From positions 1,664,001 to 1,728,000 of the forward strand of contig CAWDML010000009.1 of NCBI GenBank assembly GCA_963803435.1: 64,000 nucleotides of DNA. Direction: 5' to 3'. This stretch comes from an uncultured delta proteobacterium. Its GTDB lineage: Bacteria; Myxococcota; Kuafuiibacteriia; Kuafuiibacteriales; Kuafuiibacteriaceae. Below the pieces are notes generated by a model. The model was not told where the DNA came from, made no database searches, and saw nothing but the letters and a program-made list of their open reading frames with translations. How positions within the stretch are numbered: the first letter of the stretch is position 1; each line of letters begins with the position of its first letter. Shown here one piece after another: positions 30,919-40,692 of this stretch. A program made the translations under genes and the position numbers.

Positions 30919-31764
30919 ATGGGCGAACGGCGCCGGAGCTGGAGGCTGATTGCGGTCGGGGCGGTGGTGGCGGCCGGGCTCGTCGCCGCCGGGGTCCGGC
31001 TGCTCCAGCGGGCGCACCCGGGCGACCTCGCGTTCAAGAACCTCAAGCGCCACCAGATCGCGCCGGGGATCGAGATCGTGTTCGCCGATCTGTTCCGCAA
31101 CCTCCATCACTCGGGACGCTTCGTGGCGGTGTACGCAGAGCCCCAGCAGATCGAGCTCTCGATCCTGCTCAACGATGCGCGCCTCCCCATGAGCGAGCTG
31201 GCGCAGGACGCCTTGCTGGTGGTGAACGGAAGCTACTTCACGCCCGAGCACCGGCCCACCGGTCTTCTGATCTCCGAGGGACAGATCCTCAGCCCGCTGG
31301 TGCGGAAGGGCGGCGGCGCCGGCACCGGAGTGCTCCTGGTGGCGGACGGCCGCGTGACGCTCCTCGAGCGCGAGCGCGTGAAGCGCCGCGACTACGAGAA
31401 CAGCGTGTTCGCGATCCAGGCGGGCCCCCGGGTGATCGAGCCGGGCGGCGTCGGCGGGATCCGCTCGGACGACGGCCTCCGCGCCAACCGAACCGTCATC
31501 GGCGCCGACAGCCGGGGCCGGATCGTCCTGGCGGTCACGTACGCCGAGGACGGAAGCCGCTCCGGCGCCACCTTGTTCGAGCTCATGCAGCTCCTCGGCG
31601 CCGGCGGGCTCGGCGAGATTGCTGCCGACCTGGCCCTGGACTTCGCCCTCAACCTCGACGGCGGACCCTCCACCGGTCTGTTCCTCCGGGACGTCGACCA
31701 CGCGATCGATCTGCCCGAGGCCTCGCGCGTGTACAGCGTCCTCGCGCTCAGGGCCGCGCGCTGA
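30919..31764 (+). CDS. Phosphodiester glycosidase (NAGPA-like) family protein
   Basis: N-terminal TM, VNGSYF, QAGP, RT.IG, ALNLDGGPST. Confidence 0.8.
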   Translation: MGERRRSWRLIAVGAVVAAGLVAAGVRLLQRAHPGDLAFKNLKRHQIAPGIEIVFADLFRNLHHSGRFVAVYAEPQQIELSILLNDARLPMSELAQDALLVVNGSYFTPEHRPTGLLISEGQILSPLVRKGGGAGTGVLLVADGRVTLLERERVKRRDYENSVFAIQAGPRVIEPGGVGGIRSDDGLRANRTVIGADSRGRIVLAVTYAEDGSRSGATLFELMQLLGAGGLGEIAADLALDFALNLDGGPSTGLFLRDVDHAIDLPEASRVYSVLALRAAR

Positions 31765-33104
31765 TGCGTGCGATCATCCTGTCGCTCGCGGCGCTCCTCC
31801 CCGCGACGGCACGCGCCAGCGAGCTCGACGACACCGCGACCGCGCTGGTGTCGGGGCTGGCTCTGCCGAGCGTCGAGGCGTTCAGCCTCTCCGACGATCT
31901 CGCCGTCGTGGTCGAGCTCGACGGCGATCTCCCGCGGATCCTGGGCGGCCTCTTGCTGGCGCGCCTGGCCTCGCTCGGCGCCGAGTCCGCGTTCGCGATC
32001 GATCCGGGCCCGAACGCCGACGCGCGGGCGCGCGACGCCGGCGCCGAGTGGCTGCTCCTGGTCCGGGGCGAGGACCGCGACGGCGCGCTCGCGCTGTTCG
32101 CCGAGCTGCGATCGATCGATCGCGGGATCTGGAGCCCGCCGTCCGATCCGAGCCAGGTGCCGATCTACGCCACCGCCGAGCGACGCGCGATCCTGACCGC
32201 GTCCTCGATCCCGAGGAACGTCGAGCCGCCGCCGCCCGGGGCGCCGCACCCGGATCGGGCGCGCCTCGAGGGGCCGGCGCTCCGGATCGGCTCGCTCGAC
32301 GAGCGCGTGTTGGCGCTGCGCGCGTGCCCGCTGGTCGACACCGATCGCGACGAGCTGGTGGTGCTGACGCCGGAGGCCCTGTCCGTCTACTCCCTGGCGA
32401 ACGGGCGGCTGCGGCGAACAGCCCGCTACGAGCTGGGCGAGCTGCCGCGACACGCGACGCCGGCGCGCGAGCCGATCGGCGCGATCGTCTGCAACGGATC
32501 GAAGATCGCGTTCGGACACAGCGGCCTCGCGGGCGGACACGTGATCGAGATGTCGAAGAAGGCGGAGCTCACCACGGCCGGCAACCTCCCCGGGATCCCG
32601 ATCGCCGCGCTGCCCGACGGCCGCTGGCTCCTCGCCGAGACCGAGGCCGGGACCAGCCGTTACCAGAAGGAGCTGATCGCGAAGCGCGGCGCCGAGACCA
32701 CCAAGGTGACGCTGGGCGCGCCGATCCTCGACGCCGTGGCCCTCGCCGGCGAGGCGCCTTCGGGCTGGCGCCTCCTCGCGGTCACCGCCGACTATCAGCT
32801 GGTGCGCCTCGGCGACACGCTCGCCGCGCCGGAGCGGATCGGGACCAGCGGCGTCGGTATCTCCGTGTTCCTGCTCGAGGGTCGCCCGCACGTGGTGGCC
32901 ACCGGCGCGAGCAGGGACGGCGGACACGATCAGCTCGAGCTCTACGGCAGCGGCGAACCTCCGGCTCGACCGGTCCCGGTGGACGGCCCGGTCTACGCCA
33001 CCGCCGCCGGGCGGCTCCGGGGCGCCGGGCTCGATCTGGTGGCGGCCGCGCGCGCCCGCGATCGCACCGACCTGTTCCTGATGACCCTCTGGGAGCCCAA
33101 CTAG
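31764..33104 (+). CDS. Hypothetical secreted protein (C-terminal beta-rich, propeller-like region)
   Basis: Signal peptide MRAIILSLAALLPATARA. TGATG and TAGATG coupling to its neighbours. Confidence 0.7.
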   Translation: MRAIILSLAALLPATARASELDDTATALVSGLALPSVEAFSLSDDLAVVVELDGDLPRILGGLLLARLASLGAESAFAIDPGPNADARARDAGAEWLLLVRGEDRDGALALFAELRSIDRGIWSPPSDPSQVPIYATAERRAILTASSIPRNVEPPPPGAPHPDRARLEGPALRIGSLDERVLALRACPLVDTDRDELVVLTPEALSVYSLANGRLRRTARYELGELPRHATPAREPIGAIVCNGSKIAFGHSGLAGGHVIEMSKKAELTTAGNLPGIPIAALPDGRWLLAETEAGTSRYQKELIAKRGAETTKVTLGAPILDAVALAGEAPSGWRLLAVTADYQLVRLGDTLAAPERIGTSGVGISVFLLEGRPHVVATGASRDGGHDQLELYGSGEPPARPVPVDGPVYATAAGRLRGAGLDLVAAARARDRTDLFLMTLWEPN

Positions 33105-34508
33105 ATGCACGGCCTGGCGCTCTGTCTGCTGCTCGGCGCGATCGGCGCGCCGCGGACGCCGTACGGCGGCGCGCTGGTCGGTTACGTCTGGAGCGCGCTC
33201 GAGTCCGAGGCCACCGTAGAGCGCGCGCTCTACGAGCCGCTCTACACCCTCGACGTCGAGGGGCACCTCGTCCCCCGCCTCGCGGACGGACCGCCGGCGG
33301 TCGACGGCAACCGCGTGACCATCTCCCTGCGCCCCCACCTGTCGGCGCACGACGGCACGCCCGTGACCGCCGCCGGGGTGGCCGCGTGGCTGACCAGCCT
33401 GGCCCGGCGCGACGCCCGCGCCTCGTTCATCGTCCTCCCAATCGCGGGCGCCGCCGAGCGGATCTCCGGGCGCGACGTCGCGCTCCGGGCCATGGCGCTG
33501 GACGAGACCACCCTCCTCATCGAGCTCGCCCATCCCCACCCCGACTACGCGCGCCTGCTCGCCGGCGCCCAGGCGGGCGTGAAGCTCCCCGGCGGCGCGG
33601 GCGCCGGTCCGTTCCAGGACAGCGGCGCCGCCGAGAAGGGCGGCGTGGTGCTGGTGCCGTTCCTCCAGCACTTCGTGGGGCGCCCGTTCCTCGATCGCGT
33701 GGAGCTCCGCCCGCTGGCGTCGCGCTTCGGGACCACCGCCATCGCGAAGAAGGATCAGGCGGCCCTGGTCTTCGGGACCCCCGACTCGGGGCGGCCGGAG
33801 CCGGTGCGCGCCCTGGCCTGGCCTTCGTTCGCGCCCCGCGAGGTGCTGGTGCTCTCGATCGGGGAGCGGCTGGCGGCGCGCCGTCCCGAGCTGGTGACCG
33901 CGCTCGACGCCGCGGTGAATCGCGGCCGTCTCGCCAGCCGCTATCTCGACGGCGAGGCGACCCCCGCGTTCACCTTCCTCGAGGGCAAGGCGCCCCCCGA
34001 GGGACCCGAGCCGCCGCCGGCCGGCATCGAGGCGCGGCTCCTGGTGGCGAAGGAGGCCCGCGCCGGTCATCGCTTCGCCGAGCGCGTGCAGCTCGACCTC
34101 CATCGCGCCGGGGTGATCGTCACCATCGAGCGCCGCTCGACGGAGGAGCTGGAGCGCGCCCGCATGAGCGGCGACTACGAGCTCATGATCGACGTGACGC
34201 TGCCCGACGCTCCCCGCACCTCGCGCCCGATCGATCGCCTGCACGGTCTCCTCTCGATCGGCGCCAGCTACGGTCGCCCCGGCTTCGCCGATCCGGAGCT
34301 CCTCCGCCGCTTCTTCGCCGCCAAGGAGGAGCAGCGCGAGGCGGTGCTTCGGCAGATCGATCGGGCGCTCCGGACCTCGGTCGGCCTGGTGCCGCTCGCC
34401 TCGCGGACGCCCTCCATCGCCGTGCGTGAGGATCTGATGGGCGTCGCCATCACGCCGAGCGGCGCGATCGATCTGGCCGACGTGTTCCTGCGAGAGCCCT
34501 CGCCGTGA
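33105..34508 (+). CDS. Family 5 (peptide/nickel) solute-binding-protein-like
   Basis: [36 protein letters not shown]. Confidence 0.75.
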   Translation: MHGLALCLLLGAIGAPRTPYGGALVGYVWSALESEATVERALYEPLYTLDVEGHLVPRLADGPPAVDGNRVTISLRPHLSAHDGTPVTAAGVAAWLTSLARRDARASFIVLPIAGAAERISGRDVALRAMALDETTLLIELAHPHPDYARLLAGAQAGVKLPGGAGAGPFQDSGAAEKGGVVLVPFLQHFVGRPFLDRVELRPLASRFGTTAIAKKDQAALVFGTPDSGRPEPVRALAWPSFAPREVLVLSIGERLAARRPELVTALDAAVNRGRLASRYLDGEATPAFTFLEGKAPPEGPEPPPAGIEARLLVAKEARAGHRFAERVQLDLHRAGVIVTIERRSTEELERARMSGDYELMIDVTLPDAPRTSRPIDRLHGLLSIGASYGRPGFADPELLRRFFAAKEEQREAVLRQIDRALRTSVGLVPLASRTPSIAVREDLMGVAITPSGAIDLADVFLREPSP

Positions 34509-36218
34509 GCGGTCCCGAGCCCAAGGGTCGCCTGCGGACCCGCGCCACCCTCTACTTCCTCCTGACCGCCCTCCCCGCCGCGATGGTGAGCGGGGCCGCC
34601 GTGGTGGTGCTCGATCGGCTGATCGCCCAGGAGATCGCGGCCCGCACCCAGGAGATCGTCCGGCAGGCCGATCGCGTGATGAAGGACGAGGGCAAGCGGG
34701 TACGCAGGGCCGTCGAGCAGCTCGCGGAGCTGGAGGAGATCCGACAGCTGGCCGCGTCGATCGAGGATCCGTCCGCGATCGAGCGCGCCGAGGGCCTCGC
34801 CTCCGGACGCGCGGGCGCCGCCGGGCTCGACCTCTTCGCCATCGTGGCGGGCGCCGGACCGCGCCAGGGCGAGATCGTGTCGAGCGCGCACCTGCCGGAC
34901 GCGGTGGGCGATCCGGGCCCGCGTTTTCTGGCCAAGATCACCGGCGCCGCCTCCGGGGTCGCCCACGAGCTGGTCGAGGGCAACCCGCCCGAGACCGTGC
35001 CGGCGATGATCGCGGTGGTCCCGGTGGAGCGGGACGGGCGGGCCGCGCTCTACCTCTACGGCGGCTCGCGGCTCGACGGTCCGCAGCTGTCCAGCATCGC
35101 GCGCATGGCGGGCGCCACGCTGATCCTCACCTCGCCGCCGCTCCCGCCGCAGATCTTCCCCGAGCACAGCGACCCGGGCCGCCCCGGCACCCCGATCGCG
35201 CTGGCCGAGATCCCGGGCGCCGCCGAGGGCAAGAGCCGCATCGACGTCGTCGTCCACTCGCCGCGCCTGGAGGCGGCTCGCACCACCTTCTTCACGCTCT
35301 CGGTGGTGCTGGTCGGCGCCTCGCTCCTGGTGGCGCTCGTCTCGGGGCGCCTGCTCTCGAGCCGGATCACCGGTCCGATCCTCGAGCTGTCGGACGCCGC
35401 GCGAGAGGTCGGACGCGGCAACCTCGGGGTCCGCATCGAGCCCAGCAGCAACGACGAGGTGGGCGCGCTGGGCGAGGTCTTCAACGACATGATTGTCGAG
35501 CTTCAGGACTCGCGGGAGCGCCTGGCGCGCGCCGAGCGCATCGCCGCCTGGCGCGAGATCGCAAGGCGGGTGGCACACGAGATCAAGAATCCGCTGTTCC
35601 CGATCCAGGTCTCGATCGAGACGCTCAAGAAGAGCTACGACAAGAAGCACCCGAAGCTCGACGAGATCGTCGCCGAGTCGACGAGAACCGTGCTGGAGGA
35701 GGTCCGCGCCCTCAACCGCATCGTCACCGAGTTCTCCGAGTTCGCCCGCCTGCCCGCGCCGGTCCGCGAGCCGTCCTCGGTCCCGGAGCTGCTCGCGCAC
35801 GTGGCCGGGCTCTACAAGGACGGCGGTGCCGGCGGCGCCCGGGTGGCCTTCGATTGGGCGGCGCTCGAGGCGAGACGGCTCCCCGAGATTCTCGATCGAC
35901 CGCGAGCAGGTCGGCCGCGCGCTGATCAACCTGGTGAAGAACGCGCTCGAGGCGATGGAAGCGACCGGCGGGACGGTGCGGCTGGAGGCGCGGGCCGAGC
36001 GCGGCGGCGTCGAGATCAGCGTGACGGACGACGGTCCGGGGATGCCGGCCGAGGTCCGGGAGAAGCTGTTCACGCCCTATTTCACCACCAAGGAGACCGG
36101 CACCGGGCTGGGGCTGGCCATCGTCGACCGGATCGTGTCCGAGCACGAGGGCAGCGTCGGCGTCACCTCCGAGCCCGGGCGCGGGACGACGTTTCGGATT
36201 TGGCTGCCGGGCGCCTGA
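34505..36218 (+). CDS. HAMP-domain sensor histidine kinase, NtrY-like (+1 frameshift at ~35889)
   Basis: Two TMs, HAMP (DEVGAL...FN.M), H-box [10 protein letters not shown] boxes (NLVKNA, DDGPG, FTTK..GTGLGL) lie in ORF 35493..36218 and are joined by GATTC to GATC. Confidence 0.88.
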
Positions 36219-36289
36219 CGAGTGGCTTCGCCGCCTGGAGGGTGTTCGCCACTTCCTCGCCGACTCCGTGCGGTGCGAGACTCCGCGGC

Positions 36290-37753
36290 ATGGTCGCGTA
36301 CGGGGCGTACTCGGTCGACGGCATCTACGACGAGATGTTCGACGCGCCCGGTAAGCCGCGGATGGGCTGCGAGCAGCTCTTCGACCGGCTGGCCCGCCTC
36401 GAGCCCGACCACCTGATCCAGCGCCAGCAGGCCGCCGAGCTGGCCATGCTCAACCTCGGCATCACGTTCAACGTCTACGGACACGAGGCGGGCACCGAGA
36501 AGATCTTCCCCTTCGACATCATCCCGCGCGTGCTGGCGGCCGGCGAGTGGCGCGGCCTCGAGGCCGGCCTGGTGCAGCGGATCGAGGCGCTGAACCTGTT
36601 CGTCGACGACGTCTACCACGAGCAGAAGATCCTGAAGGACGGTGTGGTGCCCCGCGAGCTGGTCGAGTCCTCCAGCGGCTACCTGCCCGCCTGCCGCGGC
36701 CTGGACCCGCCCAGGCGCGTGTGGATCCACGTGACCGGGACGGATCTGGTCCGCGATCAGAACGGCACCTTCTACGTGCTGGAGGACAACCTGCGCTGTC
36801 CCTCCGGCGTCTCCTACGTCCTGGAGAACCGCGCCATCATGAAGCGGACGTTCCCGCAGGTCTTCGCGAACATGCAGGTGCGCCCGGTCCAGGAGTATCC
36901 GGGCAAGCTGCTGGAGATGCTGCAGGCGATCAACCCCCGACAGGAGGTGCCGCACGTCGTGCTGCTGACGCCGGGGGTCTACAACTCGGCCTACTTCGAG
37001 CACTCGTTCCTGGCCCAGCAGATGGGGATCGAGCTGGTCGAGGGCCGCGACCTGGTGGTGTCGGACGGCTACGTGAAGATGCGGACCACGCGCGGGCTGA
37101 AGCGCGTCGACGTGATCTACCGGCGCATCGACGACACCTTCATCGACCCGAAGGCCTTCCGGCCCGAGTCGGTGCTCGGCGTGCCCGGGCTGCTCGACGT
37201 CTACCGCGCCGGGCGGCTGGGCCTCGCCAACGCGCCTGGAACCGGCATCGCCGACGACAAGGTCCTCTACGCCTACGCGCCGGAGATCATCCGCTACTAC
37301 CTCGACCAGGATCCGATCATCCCGAACGTCCCCACGTACCTGTGCTGGCGACCGGAGGATCTCGAGTACGTGGTGGGTCACCTGGACGAGCTGGTGGTCA
37401 AGGCCGCCGACCAGTCCGGCGGCTACGGGATGCTGATCGGCCCGCACGCCTCGCAGGCCGAGCGCGACGACTTCCGCGACAAGATCCGGAAGACGCCGCG
37501 GGCGTACATCGCCCAGCCCACGCTCCGGCTCTCGACCGTGCCCACGCTGGTCGGGGGCACCCTGGAGGCGCGCCACGTCGATCTGCGCCCGTACATCCTC
37601 TACGGCCAGGGGATCTGGGTGATGCCGGGCGGGCTCACGCGCGTGGCGCTGAGAAAGGGCTCGCTGGTGGTCAACTCCTCCCAGGGCGGCGGCAGCAAGG
37701 ACACCTGGGTGCTCGACGGGTCGGAGCAGGAGCAGGAGCAGAGCCAGTGCTGA
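36290..37753 (+). CDS. Circularly permuted type 2 ATP-grasp protein
   Basis: [64 protein letters not shown]-rich tail. Confidence 0.92.
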   Translation: MVAYGAYSVDGIYDEMFDAPGKPRMGCEQLFDRLARLEPDHLIQRQQAAELAMLNLGITFNVYGHEAGTEKIFPFDIIPRVLAAGEWRGLEAGLVQRIEALNLFVDDVYHEQKILKDGVVPRELVESSSGYLPACRGLDPPRRVWIHVTGTDLVRDQNGTFYVLEDNLRCPSGVSYVLENRAIMKRTFPQVFANMQVRPVQEYPGKLLEMLQAINPRQEVPHVVLLTPGVYNSAYFEHSFLAQQMGIELVEGRDLVVSDGYVKMRTTRGLKRVDVIYRRIDDTFIDPKAFRPESVLGVPGLLDVYRAGRLGLANAPGTGIADDKVLYAYAPEIIRYYLDQDPIIPNVPTYLCWRPEDLEYVVGHLDELVVKAADQSGGYGMLIGPHASQAERDDFRDKIRKTPRAYIAQPTLRLSTVPTLVGGTLEARHVDLRPYILYGQGIWVMPGGLTRVALRKGSLVVNSSQGGGSKDTWVLDGSEQEQEQSQC

Positions 37754-38707
37754 GCCGCGTCGCCGAGGCCGTCCACTGGATGGCGCGATACGTGGAACGC
37801 GCCGAGAACGTGGCGCGGTTCGTCGACGTCAACCAGCACCTGCTGCTCGACGCCCCCGGCGAGGAGGCCCGCCACTGGGCGCCCCTCATCGCCATCACCG
37901 GCGACGACGCGCTGTTCCGCGAGCGCTACGGCGAGCTGAGCCGCGACGCCGTGGTGCGCTTTCTCTCGCTGGACCCCGAGTACCCGAACTCGATCCGCTC
38001 CTCGATCCGCTCGGCCCGCGAGAACGCCCGCAGCGCCCGCGAGATCATCTCCTCCGAGATGTGGGAGGCGATCAACAAGGTCCACCTGATGGTGTCGGAC
38101 GCCGTCCGCTCGCCGGACGCGGTCCTCGAGGATCCGACCAGCTTTCTCGCGGCGGTCAAGGAGGCGTGCTACGGCTTCGTGGGTGCCACCTACGTCACGA
38201 TGACCCACAGCGAGTCGTGGCACTTCATCCGCCTGGGCCGCGTGCTGGAGCGCGCCGACAAGACCTCGCGGATCGTCGACGTGAAGTACTTCGTGCTCCT
38301 GCCCGATCCCCTCGTTCGTCGGCACGCCCACCGACGAGCTGCACTGGGCGGCGCTCCTCAAGAGCGCCTCGGCGTTCGAGATGTACCGGAAGCGCTTCGG
38401 CCGCATCAGGCCCTCGCGCGTGATCGACTTCCTGCTGCTGGACAACGAGTTCCCGCGGGCGGTGCGGCGCTGCATCAACCTGGGAGAGGACTCGCTCTAC
38501 ACGATCACCGGCGGCCGCCGCGGCTCCTGGACCAACGCCGCCGAGAAGCGGATGGGTCGGCTCCGCGCGGACCTCGAGTACGCCAGCGTGGAGGACGTGA
38601 TCGCGGCCGGCGTGCACGAGTGGGTCGATCGCTTCCAGACCAAGCTGAACGACGTGGGAAGGGCCGTTCATGACACCTTCTTCGCCCTCGACGACGAGCG
38701 CCGCTGA
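37747..38707 (+). CDS. Alpha-E domain protein (DUF403) (+1 frameshift at ~38311)
   Basis: [53 protein letters not shown] to GATCCC joins ORF 38381..38707. Confidence 0.9.
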
Positions 38708-38708
38708 G

Positions 38709-40658
38709 TCAGCCGCCCGGGCCGAGCTCCGGCTCGACGGCCTGGACCTGCACGGTGACCTGGAGCTGCTCCAGCCCGCCGCCGCGGTAGATGGTGCCGC
38801 TGGTGGGCGTGGCGTCGCCGTAGTTTCGTCCCGCCGCCACCCGCACGTGGTCGGTGCCGACCAGGCAGCCGTTCGTGGGATCGAAGCCCTGCCAGCCGCT
38901 CCACGGCAGATACAGCTCGCACCAGGCGTGGGACGCCTCCGACTGCAGGCGGTTGTCGTAGTTCGCGCCGGTGTAGATGTACCCGACGCGATAGCGCGCC
39001 GGCACGCCGAGGAGCCGCGACAGGCAGATGAACAGGTTCGCGAAGTCCTGGCAGACGCCCTGCCGCTTCCGGAACACCTGGAACGGTGTCGTCGCCAGGT
39101 TGGTCGAGCCGCTGACGTACGAGAAGTCGCGATAGATCGTCGTGTTCATGTCGATCAGCGTCTGGACCAGATCGTAGTCCTGGCGCTCGACGAAGCTCAT
39201 CGCGAACTCGGTCAGCTCCTGCAGCTCCGTCTCCGGGAGCTCGGGCGGCAACAGATAGGGGAGCATCATCTGCCGCTGCCAGGGCATCCACACCAGCGGG
39301 ATGCTGAAGCGGCGGTGCGGCGAGTGGAGATCGTGCGGCGGCTCGTGCCGCATGCGGACCAGCGAGCGGGTGACCATGTCGAGCTCGGTGAACAGCGTCT
39401 CCAGCTCGAAGCGATGGACGATGTTTCCGAACACGTCCTCGTACGTGCGGGCCGCCCCGTCGACGGAGAAGGTCAGCTCGAACTGCAAGAGATCCTGCCA
39501 GCGATCGTGGACCGGCTGGAGACGCAGCAGGTGGAGGCTCTTCTCCACCGGCTTGGCGTAGCGGTAGGAGGTCCGATGCACCACCTGGAGCAGCCGGCCC
39601 TCACCCTCGGCCTCGGCGTGATGGTGAATCCGCGGGATGGGGAGCCGGAGCGGCGGCGCCAGGGAGGCGGCCGGCGGAGGCGGCGCCGGCACGGGCGCCT
39701 CGGGCGCAGCGCCGCCTGCGGGCGGGAGCGGCGGCACCATCAGGCGGCGCGCGGCCGCGTCGGCGTGCGAGTCGTAGACGACCTCGGCGCGGCGCACCAC
39801 CAGGAGCTGCCCCTCCTGCATGTCCCGCCAGCCCTCGCCGATCGGGACCGTGGAGAACAGCACGACGCTGCGCGCGCGATTGCGGGCGTCGTCGAGCTCG
39901 ACCTCGAGATCGAGCGAGGTCAGGACCTCGGGGATCTCGGGCGGGAGCAGCCGGGCGAAGTGGAGGCGGTTGTAGCCGTGCTCGTCGCCGTACACCGCCA
40001 GGTCGCGCCCGTCGGTGAGGAGGAAGTTCGCGGTGCCGAGGGCGTCGAGCTCGCGAAACCATCCGTGGAGGCGGTCCCAGCCCACGTCGGCCAGGCTGCG
40101 GGCCCGCGCCGCCCGCACCTTCGACAGGAGCCAGCAGAACGCGTGCTCGCTGTCGGTGCGCCCGATGGGCTCGAAGGCCGGGTCCTCGCCGAGCGGCAGC
40201 ACCGTCGACAGCCCCCCCTCCGGCGCCTCGAGGTCGCCGTTGTGCGCGAGGATCCAGTCGCGCCCGCCGTGGCTCAGGCGGAAGGGGTGCGTGTCCTGCT
40301 CCTGGAGCGCGCGGGCCGCGCCGCGGAGGTGACAGATGAAGAGGGTCGAGTGGAAGCGATCCCACTCCCGGAGCAGCTTGGTCATCGGATTCTCGCCGAG
40401 CGAGGTGGCGTCCTTGATGACCAGCGCCGAGGCGCTCTGCTCGGGATACCACGCGAAGCCCCAGCCGTACGCGTGCGGCGTGCGGGCCCGGTCCGTCTCC
40501 ACCAGGCGCCGCAGGGTCACGGACGGCGAGGCCCCCGAGTCGAAGGACATCGCCAGGAGGCGCGTGTTCTCGTGCTCCCTGGGGGCGAGACCTGGCCGGA
40601 CGCGGTTGGACGGCACGATCCCACGAGACCACCGCTTCGAGCTTTTTGCGAGCGCCAA
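38709..40658 (-). CDS. Class II GATase (YafJ/EgtC-like) - transglutaminase fusion
   Basis: GWGFAWY, HLR.A, DTHPF, AHNGDL, G.TDSE, Pro-rich linker, then H.T.YRY, GVCQDFA, ARY..GY, SHAW.E.Y.P..GW.GFDPTN, GR.Y.D. Start uncertain. Confidence 0.85.
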   Translation of the reverse strand: MALAKSSKRWSRGIVPSNRVRPGLAPREHENTRLLAMSFDSGASPSVTLRRLVETDRARTPHAYGWGFAWYPEQSASALVIKDATSLGENPMTKLLREWDRFHSTLFICHLRGAARALQEQDTHPFRLSHGGRDWILAHNGDLEAPEGGLSTVLPLGEDPAFEPIGRTDSEHAFCWLLSKVRAARARSLADVGWDRLHGWFRELDALGTANFLLTDGRDLAVYGDEHGYNRLHFARLLPPEIPEVLTSLDLEVELDDARNRARSVVLFSTVPIGEGWRDMQEGQLLVVRRAEVVYDSHADAAARRLMVPPLPPAGGAAPEAPVPAPPPPAASLAPPLRLPIPRIHHHAEAEGEGRLLQVVHRTSYRYAKPVEKSLHLLRLQPVHDRWQDLLQFELTFSVDGAARTYEDVFGNIVHRFELETLFTELDMVTRSLVRMRHEPPHDLHSPHRRFSIPLVWMPWQRQMMLPYLLPPELPETELQELTEFAMSFVERQDYDLVQTLIDMNTTIYRDFSYVSGSTNLATTPFQVFRKRQGVCQDFANLFICLSRLLGVPARYRVGYIYTGANYDNRLQSEASHAWCELYLPWSGWQGFDPTNGCLVGTDHVRVAAGRNYGDATPTSGTIYRGGGLEQLQVTVQVQAVEPELGPGG

Positions 40659-40692
40659 GTGACGCGCGCGCGCGATGGGGAGGGCTGAGACG

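Noticed and set aside
34505-37753. Apparent histidine kinase-ATP-grasp fusion
   Set aside because: The HATPase domain lies in another frame ending at 36218; the fusion is a frameshift artefact.
40663-40674. (CG)6 run between divergent transglutaminase genes (possible Z-DNA)
   Set aside because: Short and expected by chance at this GC content.
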